From NCBI GenBank assembly GCA_030704615.1, contig CM060732.1:43214001-43278000 (forward strand): a stretch of DNA of 64,000 nt. Direction: 5' to 3'. Within the stretch, counting starts at the first letter, position 1; each line of letters opens with the position of its first letter. Both the position numbers and the translations under genes were made by a program. Source of the DNA: Takakia lepidozioides (taxonomy: Eukaryota > Plantae > Bryophyta). The notes below the pieces were generated by a model. The model made no database searches, was not told the DNA's origin, and saw only the letters and a program-made list of their open reading frames with translations. Positions 35,560 through 49,200 of the stretch are shown here, one piece after another.

Positions 35560-38500
35560 AATGCCTGGCAGATTACCAGATGTCATTTTGAACACTGCCT
35601 TGGTGGAAATATATGCCAAATGTGGGTGCATCGAGGATGCCAAGGGAGTGTTCAACACTATGGCTAAACGAGATGTGGTCTCGTGGAGTGCGATGCTTGC
35701 AGGGGCATGGGATGGAGGCTTTGGAGACCTATGAGCAAATGATGGGGGAAGGGTGAAGCCCGACCACATAACATTTGTGTGTGTTGGCAGTGAGTGTGGG
35801 AGCCTGGCAGCCCTGGAAAAGGGCAAAGAGATCCATCGTGACAATTTGCAATTGTACCAGATGTCATCCTGAACATGACTGCTCTGGTGGACACATGTAT
35901 GCCAAATGTGGGAGCATTGAGGTTGCGAAAGGAGTGTTCAACACTATGGCTGAACAAGATTGTGCGTTTGCAGTGCGTGTGAAAGTCTGGCAGCCCTGCA
36001 AAAGGGCAAAGTGGTGCATGGTTGCATCACCAAAGCTGGAATTGTAACAGATGCGATTCTGAACAATGCCCTCGTGGACATGTATGCCAAATATATGTGA
36101 GAGCATTGAGGATGCGGAGGGAGTGTTCAACACCATGGCTGAACAAGATGTGGTGTCGTGGAGCGCGATGCTTGCAGGATGTGCACAGCAGTGAAGTGGG
36201 ATGGAGCCTTTGGAGACCTATCATGACCAAATGATGGGGGAAGGGATGAAGCCCAACCACAACACATTTGTGTGCGTTTGCAGTGTGTGTGCAAGCCTGG
36301 CAGCTCTGGAAAAGGGAAGAGGTCCATGGTTTCATTGTCAAAGCTGGAATTGTATTTGACGTGATTCTGAACAATGCCCTCGTGGACATGTATGCCAAAT
36401 GTGGGAGCATCAAGGGCAAGCCTGGCAGCTCTGGAAAAGGGATGAGGTCCATGGTTTCATTGTCAAAGCTGGAATTATACCTGATGTGATTCGAGACAAT
36501 GCCCTCGTGGACATGTATGCCAATTGTTTCAGCATGAAGGGCAAGCCTGGCAGCTCTGGAAAAGGGAAGATCGGGTCCATGGTTTCATTGTCAAAGCTGG
36601 AATTGTACCTGATGTGATTCTGGACAATGCCCTCGTGGACATGTATGCCAAATGTGTTAGCATGAAGGGCAAGCCTGGCAGCTCTGGAAAAGGGAAGATC
36701 AGGTCCGTGGTTTCATTGTCTAAGCTGGAATTGTACCTGATTGTGATTCTGGACAATGCCCTCGTGGACATGTATGCCAAACGTGGGAGCATGAAGGGCA
36801 AGCCTGCCAGCTCTGGGAAATGGAAGATCGGGTCTATGGTTTCATTGTCAAAGCTTGCATTGTACCTGATTGTGATTTTGGACAATGCCCTCGTGGACAT
36901 GTATGCCAAACGTGGGAGCATCAATGGCAAGCCTGCCAGCTCTGGAAAAGGGAAGATCAGGTCCATGGTTTCATTGTCAAAGCTGGAATTGTACCTGATT
37001 GTGATTCTGGACAATGCCCTCGTGGACATGTATGCCAAATGTGGGAGCATCAAGGGCAAGCCTGCCAGCTCTGGAAAAAGGAAGAGGTCCATGGTTTCAT
37101 TGTCAAAGCTAGAATTATACCTGATGTGATTCTGGACAATGCCCTCGTGGACATGTATGCCAAATGTGTCAACATGAAGGGCAAGCCTGGCAGTTCTGGA
37201 AAAGGGAAGAGGTCCATGGTTTCATTGTCAAAGCTGGAATTGTACCTGATGTGATTCTGGACAATGCCCTCGTGGACATATGCCAAACGTGGGAGCATCA
37301 ATGGCAAGCCTGCCAGCTTTGGAAAAAGGAAGATCAGGTCCATGGTTTCATTGTCAAAGCTGGAATTGTACCTGATTGTGATTCTGGACAATGCCCTCGT
37401 GGACATGTATGCCAAATGTGGGAGCATCAAGGGCAAGCCTGCCAGCTCTGGAAAAGGGAAGAGGTCTATGGTTTCATTGTCAAAGCTGGAATTATACCTG
37501 ATGTGATTCTGGACAATGCCCTCGTGGACATGTATGCCAAATGTGTTAGCATGAAGGGCAAGCCTGGCAGCTCTGGAAAAGGGAAGATCAGGTCCGTGGT
37601 TTCATTGTCTAAGCTGGAATTGTACCTGATGTGATTCTGGACAATGCCCTCGTGGACATGTATGCCAAATGTGTTAGCATGAAGGGCAAGCCTGGCAGCT
37701 CTGGAAAAGGGAAGATCAGGTCCGTGGTTTCATTGTCTAAGCTGGAATTGTACCTGATTGTGATTCTGGACAATGCCCTCGTGGACATGTATGCCAAACG
37801 TGGGAGCATGAAGGGCAAGCCTGCCAGCTCTGGGAAATGGAAGATCGGGTCTATGGTTTCATTGTCAAAGCTTGCATTGTACCTGATTGTGATTTTGGAC
37901 AATGCCCTCGTGGACATGTATGCCAAATGTGGGAGCATCAATGGCAAGCCTGCCAGCTCTGGAAAAGGGAAGATCAGGTCCATGGTTTCATTGTCAAAGC
38001 TGGAATTGTACCTGATTGTGATTCTGGACAATGCCCTCGTGGACATGTATGCCAAATGTGGGAGCATCAAGGGCAAGCCTGCCAGCTCTGGAAAAAGGAA
38101 GAGGTCCATGGTTTCATTGTCAAAGCTAGAATTATACCTGATGTGATTCTGGACAATGCCCTCGTGGACATGTATGCCAAATGTGTCAGCATGAAGGGCA
38201 AGCCTGGCAGCTCTGGAAAAGGGAAGAGGTCCATGGTTTCATTGTCAAAGCTGGAATTGTACCTGATGTGATTTTGAACAATGCCCTCGTGGACATGTAC
38301 GCCAAATGTGGGAGCATCAAGGGCAAGCTTGCCAGCTCTGGAAAAGGGAAGATCAGGTCTATGGTTTCATTGTCAAAGTTGGAATTGTACCCGATTGTGA
38401 TTCTGGACAGTGCCCTCGTGGACATGTATGCCAAATGTGGGAGCATCAAGGATGCGAAGGCAGTTTTCCAACACTATGGCTCTTGGAGTGATTTTGACAT
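35560..38500 (+). pseudogene. PLS-class PPR gene remnant
   Basis: NALVDMYAKCGSI.DA..VF, DVVSWSAMLAG and KPNHNTFVC motifs; pervasive frameshifts. Confidence 0.85.
36290..38455. repeat. Tandem repeat of ~17 x 125-129-bp PPR-derived units with a ~1017-bp higher-order duplication
   Basis: (A/G)ATGCCCTCGTGGACAT-like motif recurs every ~125-129 bp; ORFs 36820-37254 and 37837-38271 are nearly identical. Confidence 0.9.
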
Positions 38501-40329
38501 GTACCAGTAGAGGGGAGAAAGTGGGGCCCTCAGCAGACGAGTTGAAAAGCACTAGTTAAAAAACACTGGCGCTTGATAGGGTGGGGAAAAATTCAGGCTA
38601 GGGCGAACATTGATATCCCGGACGCAGCGTAAAAAAGACGGTTGTGAGTGAAGTACACCCGTAAAAAAAAAACCCTGCTGTCTCAAAAAGGGAGCCAGTC
38701 ACAAAGAGCAAGGCACTTTGTCCAAGCTTCTCGACATCAAGCAACAATGTGGACATGGAGGTAGTCATTGGGAACAATTTTTGTAAGGTGGTGAAGAAAG
38801 CCTTGTCTGAGGATCATTGGATATTTCTCTAGTACGGTTGGACTAGTAGAGATTGAAATTTGTGCTCAGCTCAGCTTCAGACTGTCTCATTGTGAGGGGC
38901 CTAGGGTTGTTGTGCACATGCGCCTACGCCCTCTCTGCTGCGTGTCCCGAACTGCGTGTCAAGGTTGACTGGACAGAAATGGGATTGACATTTTTGGCGC
39001 TCACAAATCTCTGAGACGACATGTGGTAGTTTTATCTATAGCTTCTCAAAGCAATTGTTGTACATTGTTGATTATTGTGTGACATTCTCATAACGATATT
39101 GTCGTCAGCTGCATGAGCAGTGCATCTTTTTGGATTGCTGGTTCCCGAAGGGATTATATGTGACAGGACAGAGGGCAAGCTATAGCCAATAGTTGCAGGC
39201 AGTGTTCAATATTGAAGAGAATTCTATGCCCTTTCGGTTCTGCCGATCTCCTTCTCATTTTACTTGAGGTTGTCTATTTTGAGAGCTTTGATGTTTGGAT
39301 GAAAATGCATTTTGGCATCAACTTAAATGGATGGCCTGCACTGGTGGGCATTCAGATTCTAAACGAGCTGGCAAAGAAAAACTACAAGTCCCACAGCCCT
39401 CTACATGCAGACCCCATAACCCTAATAACCTTTTTGAACTTTTAAATTCTCTAAACAAAAGTCTATGTGTTATGTCGTCCAAGGCATGTTGAATAGAGGT
39501 GGAAGTCATTTCATCCATCTATCTTCCACCTGGATGGTCAATGTGCCACGCCATATAGTTGCCCCAAATTCCTGTAGGACATCTCACACTAACCTCACAC
39601 TCCATGACTCATTTCACACTCATGTCAAATGCCCCATATGCATTATCTTGGTCAACACCCGTTGACCGTATGGGTGTCATTCGAGTGTGAAATTTGTAAC
39701 ACCATGTGGGTTTTCCTACAATGGTCCAGATCACACCTTGCCTCAGAGGAGCTGTTCAAAGTGCCAGGTGTGAACTATGGGTGGTGTTGGAAAAACCGGT
39801 TTCTGTACCACAATTGTGGAGGAGTAAGATCTCGCATACCTAGTCTGTTCTGTCGGGCCAGTCTTTTGAATGACGTCGCTACATTCACACCTGCCTCTCG
39901 CTGGTTGAGTCCGTTCAGTCTGGAAAATCTGCCCAGTCTTTTGAATGAGGACAGTTTGCTTGGTCTGCCCACTCTGCCCTGAGTCTGCTCAATCTGCCGA
40001 GTCTGCCGAGTCTGCCCATTACGCTGAGTCTGCTCATTATGCCGAGTCTACTCATTATGCCGGGTCTGCGGAGTGATGAGTCTTCTGAGTCTGCTGAGTC
40101 GTGACTCTGCTGAGTCGGCTGAGTGTACTAGGACCAGGACCCAGCCTATTTGCGAGTCTGTAGAGTCTGTTGGAGAGGCAATTGGAGTGGTCTGCTGAGA
40201 GAACTGCTACCGTGAGACTCATGAGAATCATCTTGCAGGGAGCAATCATGGATACGGAAGCTGCATGCTAAGTGTTTAGGCTACAGTGTTGATTCACCGG
40301 GTTGAGAGGAGGTTAGGGCATTTCAGTTC

Positions 40330-40575
40330 AACCAGACTGAAGTGCCCCAACAGCCATTCAGCTGGGAATGCGGGTTTTACGTCATGTCCTTCATCCAAGG
40401 ATATTATGAACGGCTACAAACTGGGCATAGTCGAACCTCTTCTAAAAGGGCAGAGAGAGGAACACCTTTCACGAAACACTGGTTTACGTTCAAGTTTGCA
40501 CTTGGCCAACGGATGCAGTGTCTTAAGTACATCTTGACTGGTTTGACCGCTGCTGAGAAAGCAGTATCCTCATAG
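40330..40575 (+). pseudogene. Ulp1/C48 peptidase C-terminal remnant
   Basis: VPQQPFSWECGFYVMSFI matches the PQQxNxxDCGxYV catalytic motif. Confidence 0.6.
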
Positions 40576-41399
40576 ATATCCATCTGGGCCCGAGATTAGA
40601 AGTGCACCATATGACGTATTTGTCATGTAAGCATGTTTTTGAACATTTGCAACAAAATAAAATACGACTTTGTATACACATCCTATTGGTCGCCTATGAG
40701 TGCAGTGTGGAGTAGTCGCTGTAGACTTGTGACCAATTCACTTGTTGTTAAGCGGACTTACGCACACATAATCATTTTGTTTAACATACCAAGGGAGTCC
40801 ACTGGTCAGCAAACAACCGAGAGTTAGTAGACTGCCAGAGTACGGGAAAATGGTATGCCTAGGCTTGTGAGCAGACAGAGGGCAATGTCGCCAGACTGAC
40901 GAGAGTCCGACAGACTGAGGAGTTGGGACCAGTCCGGTAGACTGGCAAATGCGATTGGGAACCACGAGTCTGCACTAGTGAGCAGACTGTCGAGAGTCAC
41001 CGGAGTGGTAGAGTACAGGCGGATGGCATTGGCCAGTAGACTGCCAAGTCTAGTCAGCAGAGTAAGTGAGAGTCCACCGTACTGAGAATGGCCAGTTTGA
41101 TGGGCAGACTGCATGAGGCTCACTGGTCAGCCAGATGCAAGCACATTCAGAACCGGGAGATTGGTCTGCTCAGGAGAAGGCTGGCACAACAGACTGTTCG
41201 AAGACTGAGTCCCAGCCTGGTACAGCAGACTGGTTCAGACACCAGAAGACTGGTTCAGACGGTAGAAGACTGGTTGAGCATACTGGTTCAAACGCCGTCA
41301 GACTGGTTTACCAGGCTAGTTGGTAGACAGGTTGGAAGTCTAGTGCACATGCAATCGTATCGCTGAAATTTTATTTCATCGGGAGAATGATACTGTACC

Positions 41400-44300
41400 A
41401 TTTTCTACATTTCCTACTCTACTTTACAACTGGTGTACGGTCTGCAACCCTCCGGATTGTGGAGTATATGTGTGCTGCAAGTGTTGGGGCACCAACCCTC
41501 TCCCCTATTTTGCGTAAGACCCTGGGTCGCGTTTTCCATGCCTCAACGAAATCCCGTTTCCTTTTCAGCGACATGTTGTTGTCATTTACAGGACGGAAGC
41601 TCTTTGCTGCTGCAGGGTGCAACATTCCTGCAGCACTCTTGGCGAGAATATCAACAAGCTGCCCCCTACAGATACAAAGAGAAGACAATACATATTTTCC
41701 AGGTATTTGTCGTCTCCAACAATGCGAAGTATGTCTGCAAATTCTTCATCCATGGAGGATGATACGAGGACAAGCTCCGCATCATAGGGGAAGTCATCTG
41801 TGGAAGGGCCCTCTGTTGCATTTCCCAAACCCTCTTTGTCGCCAACACTTGCATGAACCCTAAACACATTATGCAATCCTCCATGAATGGTTCCCAACGC
41901 CGTGCCACAAGCGCGTACTATGAGTCCATCCTGCAAGTGTGGATGAAGCAACTTCAAGACTCGAACTTGATGCTTGCACAAATTGCCCTTCAATGACTTT
42001 GGGCAAGTGCAAGAAGCCCATTCGCATCCGGGGTTGTAAACAATGTAAATTGTGTCTGGGTGATTGGTGCTTAGAACATAGGCTGGTTGCCCAGGATGGA
42101 ACGGAAGAGCGACATTGCAAGCTGGGATATCTCGTGCCGCAAGCACAGAACTGGACATGTACTTCTCCTGTTTGTCATTCCTTATGAATCCGTGCGTCTT
42201 CAGGTGAATTGCATACGAGTAGATAAGAGAGTTAGGAAGGTGAGAGAAAATAAACACCATGGCACGAGAGGTGACATGTTCCCATATGAGCCAATCCACT
42301 CTACGGCCAGTCATTTTGCCTTTCCCCATCCTCAGTTTTGCCTTCAAGTTTCCATGGTATGCCTCAATGCTAACATATGTCTTGACTGGCATGCGGAACA
42401 TGACGAACTGTTGTACACCACATTGCTATTTTAGGACGCCATTCCTTATCGATGTAGTCCAGAAATTCATGCCCATTCGGATATTTCTTTCTCATGCGTC
42501 GGAGCGTTGTTGCTACCCATGCAAGACCTTCTTTGGGATTCACCTCTACATTACATGAGGTCTCCCATATCTTTCGGCAAGTTTGTGGCAGTGATAGGAT
42601 CTTTGGTTTTCGCGCATGACTGCTTCACCCAAGCCCGCCGGACATGCCAAAGGCACAGGAAAATGAGCACTCCTCGAAAAACAGCCCTGCAAAGTACACA
42701 TGCCCACATGAGAGACTTCAAAGAGGACTTCGCCGGTGGACTTGGGCATTAACCCAGTAGACTCTCTGGTTGACTGGTCTGCCCGTCTGTTCCAAACACA
42801 TTCAGGCAGCAGACTCGCCCACTCTGCAACGGACTTGGCCAGAGGGCATCCCGAGCGGACTGGTTTGCCAGTCCCCTCCGGCGGACTCGCCTGCCAGTGG
42901 ACCAGAGTGAGGTCGCAGCAGACTGGCGCACATGAGTCTTGCAGCGGACTGCTTGTGAACAGTCCCCTCCGGCGGACTCGCCTGCCAGCGGACTTGCTGG
43001 ACCAAACTGAGGTCACAGCAGACTGGCACACGCGAGTCTTTGCAGCGGTTTGCTTGCAAACAATCCCCTTCGGTGGACCTGCCTGCTAGCGGACTTGCTG
43101 GACCAGACTGAGGTTACAGCAGACTGGCGCACGTGAGTCTTGCAGCGGACTGCTTGCAAACAGTCCCCTCCGGCGAACCTGCCTGCCAGCGGACTTGCTG
43201 GACCAGATTGAGGTCACAGCAGACTGACGCACGTGAGTCTTTCAGCGGACTGCTTGCGAACAGTCCCCTCCGGCGAACCTGCCTGCCAGCGGACTTGCTG
43301 GACCAGACTGAGGTCGCAGCAGACTGGCACACGTGAGTCTTGCAGCGGACTGCTTGCGAACAGTCCCCTCCGGTGGACTGGCCTGCCAGCGGACTTGCCC
43401 TTAGGAGACCGGCAGCAGACTTACCCAAACTTTGCTAGCAGCACACCCGAGCAGACTGACCTTGCAACATACTTGCGCAAGTGAGTCTTCCAGCGGACTT
43501 CGGTAGAGGACATTATCAGTGGATTGGTTTGCCAGCAGATTTGCAGAAATGAATGGGCCGGACTAGCAGCCAGGACTGCGTTGTATGGCAGGGGACTTGC
43601 CGAAGAGATAGACAATGGACGCAGATGACAGACTTGCACGCAAGTGTACAGGAGGGTACGTGAAACTTACGTAATGGCGTTTATTTCGGCGTCGGCATTG
43701 TCCACAATGAAGGCATTGGGTGCATTTCTGCGAGGAGAGAGTCCCGCAAGGCTGCTATTCACGGCACCAGGTCTGTTGTCCGCTCACGCGTGCATATGAT
43801 GTACGCAACTGGTATACCGTTAAGCCACTCGTCGAAGACCATCCACGTGTACAATGGGAACTGTTCAAATGCAGAATGTCAGATGCTGCCAGTGTGCGTA
43901 CATCCACTACTTCTGCAAGTGGATAAATTGTGAAAAGGATGAAGAGTACCTTGTGGTGATTTGTCCTGAAGGTTGCATCGCATGCAACGATACGGACATG
44001 GCCTAATTGAAGCATTCGCTTCTTCTGCCACTCAGTCTTTATGCCGATTGTGAATGTTAAGTCGCCATCGTAGTGCTTGAATGTTGGCGCCAATTTCTCT
44101 TGATAGAAGAAGACCGATTTCGGGTTCTGGTCTTTCCACATGCGGACACTCTCCGCATCGTTGGCATGTTTTTTGAACGTTTGCCACGCCCGTTTCTCGG
44201 CCAGGTCGCGCACATCCTGCTCCAACAAAAAATCGTCCCGTGTCCATGCATCCCCCAACCCGGTGTTGTTCATGACATGCTCTTTATGTTCCATCATGAT

Positions 44301-45130
44301 TTGTGCGACTGACAGGCCTCGGCACAGACACTCCATGACCCATGCTTTCAATTCCTCGCTAATGTGTGGTGTATAGGCGTGGCAAGTGTTCCTGAACTCA
44401 ACGGACTTCCCATGACAGACGTTTCCTTTCGCGTCTGTATGCTCCATATTGTTGTAGTACGTGATGACACAAATGTCGGGGGCGAGATAGCATTGCTGGA
44501 CCTTGAAACAACATTGGCAACCACGCTTGTAAGACTCTCCATATTCCGACTTCTTTCTCCTTGGGCCTTTATGAGGGTGAGATGTTCCAGCACCCACAAG
44601 AGGTCCTCCACGTTTCAATTTGGGATCCTCCACTATCGCATTGTTGGTGTGCTTGTCATATGGACCGTAGCGGCATTGATACCTAGACATAAAAATCACA
44701 ATGGATATCCATCGACTTCTGGAAGCATAAAATCACAGAACGTGGGTCCGAAAAATGGCAACAGACATGCAATCAGACTACAAAAGGACGATGAGGATGG
44801 TGCACACATGATACTGTTAAGAGAATTGCTGGCTCTCGGCTTTTTTAGCATGCCGGGTTGCACTTTAGTATGGACATTCACCCAAAACTGAGTGGAAAAG
44901 TCCATCAAACTCTCATCTCCAAGGAGAAAGTCATCAACTCTATCCCACGGTATGCAGGCCTTCAGCACATTCTGTCTGGCACCCATATAACCATATTGCG
45001 TGTCTCTCTTCCATTGGAGGTCCTTCGTGTTGAAGGGTCCTGGTTTGGGTGTTTGCAAACTTTGTCGAAGAGGCCGTATAATCCAACATCCCGTTTTTAG
45101 TATATCATCACCTTCTGCTTTCACGTCCAT
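41400..45130 (-). pseudogene. MULE-derived SWIM zinc-finger transposase, spliced and disrupted
   Basis: IPWDRVDDF, YQCRYGP, KRGCQCCF, DAESVRMW..VFFYQ, ACDATF, FIVDNADAEINAI, LCLWHVRRAW, IEAYHGNLK, SWIM CTCPKSLKGNLCKHQV; intron 42687-43670. Confidence 0.8.
42860..43400. repeat. ~6 x 100-bp GC-rich tandem repeat in the transposase intron
   Basis: CA(G/A)TCCCCT recurs at 42869, 42960, 43061, 43161, 43261 and 43361. Confidence 0.9.
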
Positions 45131-46269
45131 GCCCTGTACAGTACAGAGGACATGCTTTATAACCTGCAAGAAACGCGCAGCAGTACACTGGACACGATGG
45201 ACAACGTGCAAAGAGCATCAGTGCGCACGTTCGCGGCTGCTGGCAAGTGGCAGGCGGCAAGGATAAGGTTTGAATTCATGCCCTAAAAATGGAGAGCTCA
45301 GATGGCATTTGCGAACGGACGGTCCAGATGCGGCCTCATCAGTGGACTGGAGGAAAGCGGACTCATGGGCGGCGGACTGGCGGGCAGACTGTTGGGTGGA
45401 CTGGCCGGGACTGGCACAACGGACTGGCATGGATGGCGCGGATGGGTTTCTCAGAATGGAGGATCTAGATCCTTCGGCCGGCGCGGACTGGCAGACTACG
45501 GGGCATAAGACGGGCACAACGGACTTGCGGGGATTGGCACGACGGACTGGCGTGCATAGCAGACTGACGGTTTGGCGGACTGAGGGGAACTGGACTCATG
45601 GGCACCGGACTGGCCACACCGGACTTGGGACGCGAACGTCCCAATTACTGTAAAATGAGAGGCGTCCTGAATTGTGCGAGGGTGACGCTCCCAGGTTTCC
45701 TTCATTTAAAAAAAAAGAAAAGAAAAAAGAATTAAAAATGGAGGTGTGATCTTTTTTGAAATCTGGAAAAAATATCAGGAGAGGCTACTGAGTTTTGCCA
45801 TATTTTCTGTTCATCTAATGAAATTTGGATAGAATCATCCTCATTTGTAGATTCATCCATGTATATCATCCATATTCGGCCAATTCATCCATTTTTAATA
45901 TTTTATTTGGAGAAATTTGGCGATTTCATCCATGAGAAAATAGGGAATTTACGACAGAATATGCCATCTTATTTTTTGTGGTCGAAATATTGCGAATATT
46001 CGCCAGAAATTAAAACGAGGTTGGCAGTGCCTCGGCGAGAGAGGGGAGAGTGTGGGGGCTGCAGTCTCGGGCACAGCGACAAGTACGTATGCGCTCCACA
46101 GTATATAAAACCTGCTTGCCTCTCCTCTCTTCTCTCACCATCTCACTCTTGTTATGCAGCGCCAGCTACCATCTCACGCTAGTGTATTACCGACACGGTA
46201 GTGAGCAATCTTGATTGTACAACTTGTGCTTCCATCAACGCAGTTTGACATTGTGCCAAGTCGCCAGCC

Positions 46270-49200
46270 ATGACGGCTCTTCCATTCCAGCACGCATGGG
46301 CTTCCGCTCAGGATGCTGCACAGCAGTGTTCATCTTCTCTTCCCTCCTTTTCCTCCTTTTCCTCTCTGCGGTGTGCTCATCTTTGCTCCTCGAGACGTTC
46401 TTCCGAAAGTATTATCACTACTCCTCTCCGCGTGCGAGTGGCATTGTGGAAACGTACTGGAGATTGTGCGAGCAATTTCAATCTCATCGCCAGTAATAAT
46501 CGTGGGAGAATGCGAGTGGCTGATGCTTCTATGGCTACGGCTCCGGTGCTCACACTCTCAATTCCAGAGGTAATTGCATCTCTTTCATGCCGGAGAGGGT
46601 GTGGAGAGAGTGGGGGGTGAATGGATTACGAAAGAAACTATTTTTCAAGAGAGATAACAGTTTGTTTTGCCTTGGGTATGGATATCAAGTGCAATCGTAG
46701 CAGTTCTTTAAGGCAATCTCGTGATCTCTTGTTACTGGAGGATGCTATCTTGTAAGTTGCAGCATGGACTTCACCTCCTGCAATTACGTATGTATCGATT
46801 TGAGTAAATGCTCCCCAGCTTGGCTCCGGAAGTAGGTCCATATGCATTTGTTCTTGTGCATTATTCATAACATTGGCTCCCAGGTTGGCTTTTAGCTTAC
46901 ATCTTGGTGGATGACATCGCTGAAGAGACATTGGGGATGAATGCACAGGTGATGGAGGGCTTGATAAGCAAAACAAATTTGACCCAAGCACAGACCGAGG
47001 AGGTGATGGAGGGGTTGCTCGGGGATGGAAACCCTGCTGTCATAGGTGCCTTCCTTGTGCTGCTACGGGCAAAGGGTGAAACACTGGAAGAGGTTAGTAG
47101 TCATCTTTGGTGCTTCACATTGACACTGTACAGTTCTAAACTCTGGTGCAAGCATCTTCCAACTTATTGTTGTTTCAGTATCATATATCCTTGATGAAAG
47201 TGACATTTCTCCCAGCATGCAGAGTGTGTGCTAGCAAACATGATTGATTTGGACATGTGGGAGGCTATGGACAGATAACAGGGCTGGCAAGAGCAATGTT
47301 GAGTCGGGCTGTGCCAGTGCGGGTCGTGGAGGGAGCTCTTGACATTGTGGGAACTGGTGGTGATGGGGCTAACACCGTAAACATTTCCACTGGGGCTTCC
47401 ATTTTAGCAGCTGCTTGTGGTGCACCCGTTGCCAAGGTGAATGTTGAGCTTATCTTCCAATACACAAGTTGCAGGTGGATCCAGAGATGTAATCTTTTTC
47501 TGTACTTGATAAAACACCGTTACTTTTTGTCACAATGAATCGGGAAGGGTTTCACAGTAACAAACAACTGCAAGACAAAATTATGGAGACCCTGCAGTCT
47601 CAGAATTGGAGGGAGGATGATCCAATGTTTAACTAAACCAAACGCTCGCATTGATATCAGCATGGATCGCGGTCAAGTTCATCAGCTTGTGGAAGTGCAG
47701 ACGTACTGGAGTCTCTTGGTGTAGCAATTGATCTTGGGCCTGAGGTTCTCCCTCACCCATCTTGGGTTCCTTAGGATTTGGATATTGAGAATTATGAGCA
47801 TTCAAAATTGGAATGATCATGCTTGTGATAGCTGGCTTACATGACAAATGATATTCTTATCACAATCGCAGGATGCTGACATACCGATTGTGATTGTGGT
47901 GGTCTTGTGGCCAATAGGGAGTGGCCGAATGCGTAAGGGATGTTGGAATCGGATTCATGTTGGCTGCAAGATTCCACCCAGCGATGAAAGTGGTGGCACC
48001 CATAAGAAAGGCTTTGAAAATAAAGACAGCCTTCAACATTCTGGGCCCGATGCTCAATCCTGCACGTGCTCCATATTCAATTGTGGGTGTATATCGTGAA
48101 AATCTGGTGAGTTTAAAGTCACCGTGCATTGATTTGTCCCATGTTAAATCTGTATGCATCATGGATGTGAGAAATTAGAAGTTGCCTGCCACTGTTCATC
48201 AACTTTAATGTGGCACCAGAGAGAGGAAGACCGGGACAGACACAGATGGAAAGGGTTTCTTAGGTGATGTGCAGAGCATTAGCGTTGCGGTGCATAAGAT
48301 GGGATGTGGCTGTGTGAAGGTGGAGCAAATGGCAAAGGTGCTGCAACAATTTGGCACGCAACGAGCATTAGTTCTGCATTGCCAAGGATTGGACGAAATG
48401 AGCCCACTTGGTACCCTTTTTGTCCCAGGGTTTGCGATGCATTAATTTGGTTTCATTTTTGTGTGGTCTGCTTTTGTTTGTTGTCATAAATTGGCAAATC
48501 AGGAATGTGACACCCTTGTGGCACTTGGGTTGAAAGTGAGGCCTTCTAGCAGTCTTTCTGAAAGGCAGATGCTGAGCACAGAGACTTTTTGAATTTCTTC
48601 AGTCGAGGGGTGGTTGCTTATGTGAACAGGTGGTGGGCAGATCCTGGAAGTTAAACCAAACAAGATTCAGCGCTTCCAGTTTGACCCTTGTACGCACTCT
48701 CTGTTTGGTTTCTGTGGTTTGTGCTCTGTGATTCTACTTGTAGTCTTGGGTCTTTTGGGCCTCCCCCCGACATTAAAATATTCTTTCTCTCTTTCTTTCT
48801 CCCTGTCTGTGGTTAGAACTTAGTGAGACAGTTTACATTTCATCAACTTCCAACACCCTTGAGGTCAGCATATCTTCACTTTGCAGGATTTTCAATGGCA
48901 AAGTCTCATTTATTCATGCAAGTTTTTCCAGGACCAAATGGGCTGGCTGCTAATTGTGCAGCATCGCCTTGTGGTGGCAGTGGACTTCGGAATTGCAAGG
49001 TGTACACTGGAAGACCTCAAAGGGGGGAACCCAGCTTACAATGCTCAGATTTTACGTGATGTCCTTGCTGGGGAACAGGGCCCCATAGCCAATGCTCTGG
49101 TGACCACTATTCTGTTGTCTCCCTATCTCCTGCCTTCTGGCATCTTTCCAGTAACCCCGGGCATGTAATTTCTATGGATGGAAGATCTGTAGTTCATTGC

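Larger units (their letters stand above)
39960..45700. mobile_element. Third MULE-like element (plant SWIM-type transposase, Ulp1 remnant); boundaries approximate
   Basis: Transposase on the minus strand, Ulp1-like fragment on the plus strand, dense AGACT/GGACT motifs in flanks and intron; no TSD identified. Confidence 0.6.

Noticed and set aside
36399-38510. Functional repeat protein in the KGKPGSSGKGK frame
   Set aside because: Chimeric frames from an out-of-phase PPR fragment, with stops between blocks.
38510-39950. Possible degenerate gene or left end of the third MULE
   Set aside because: Stop-riddled in all frames; no motif, TIR or TSD could be supported.
45770-46025. AT-rich repeat-like segment upstream of trpD
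   Set aside because: Resembles a small dispersed repeat, but no second copy, TIR or TSD is present in the window.
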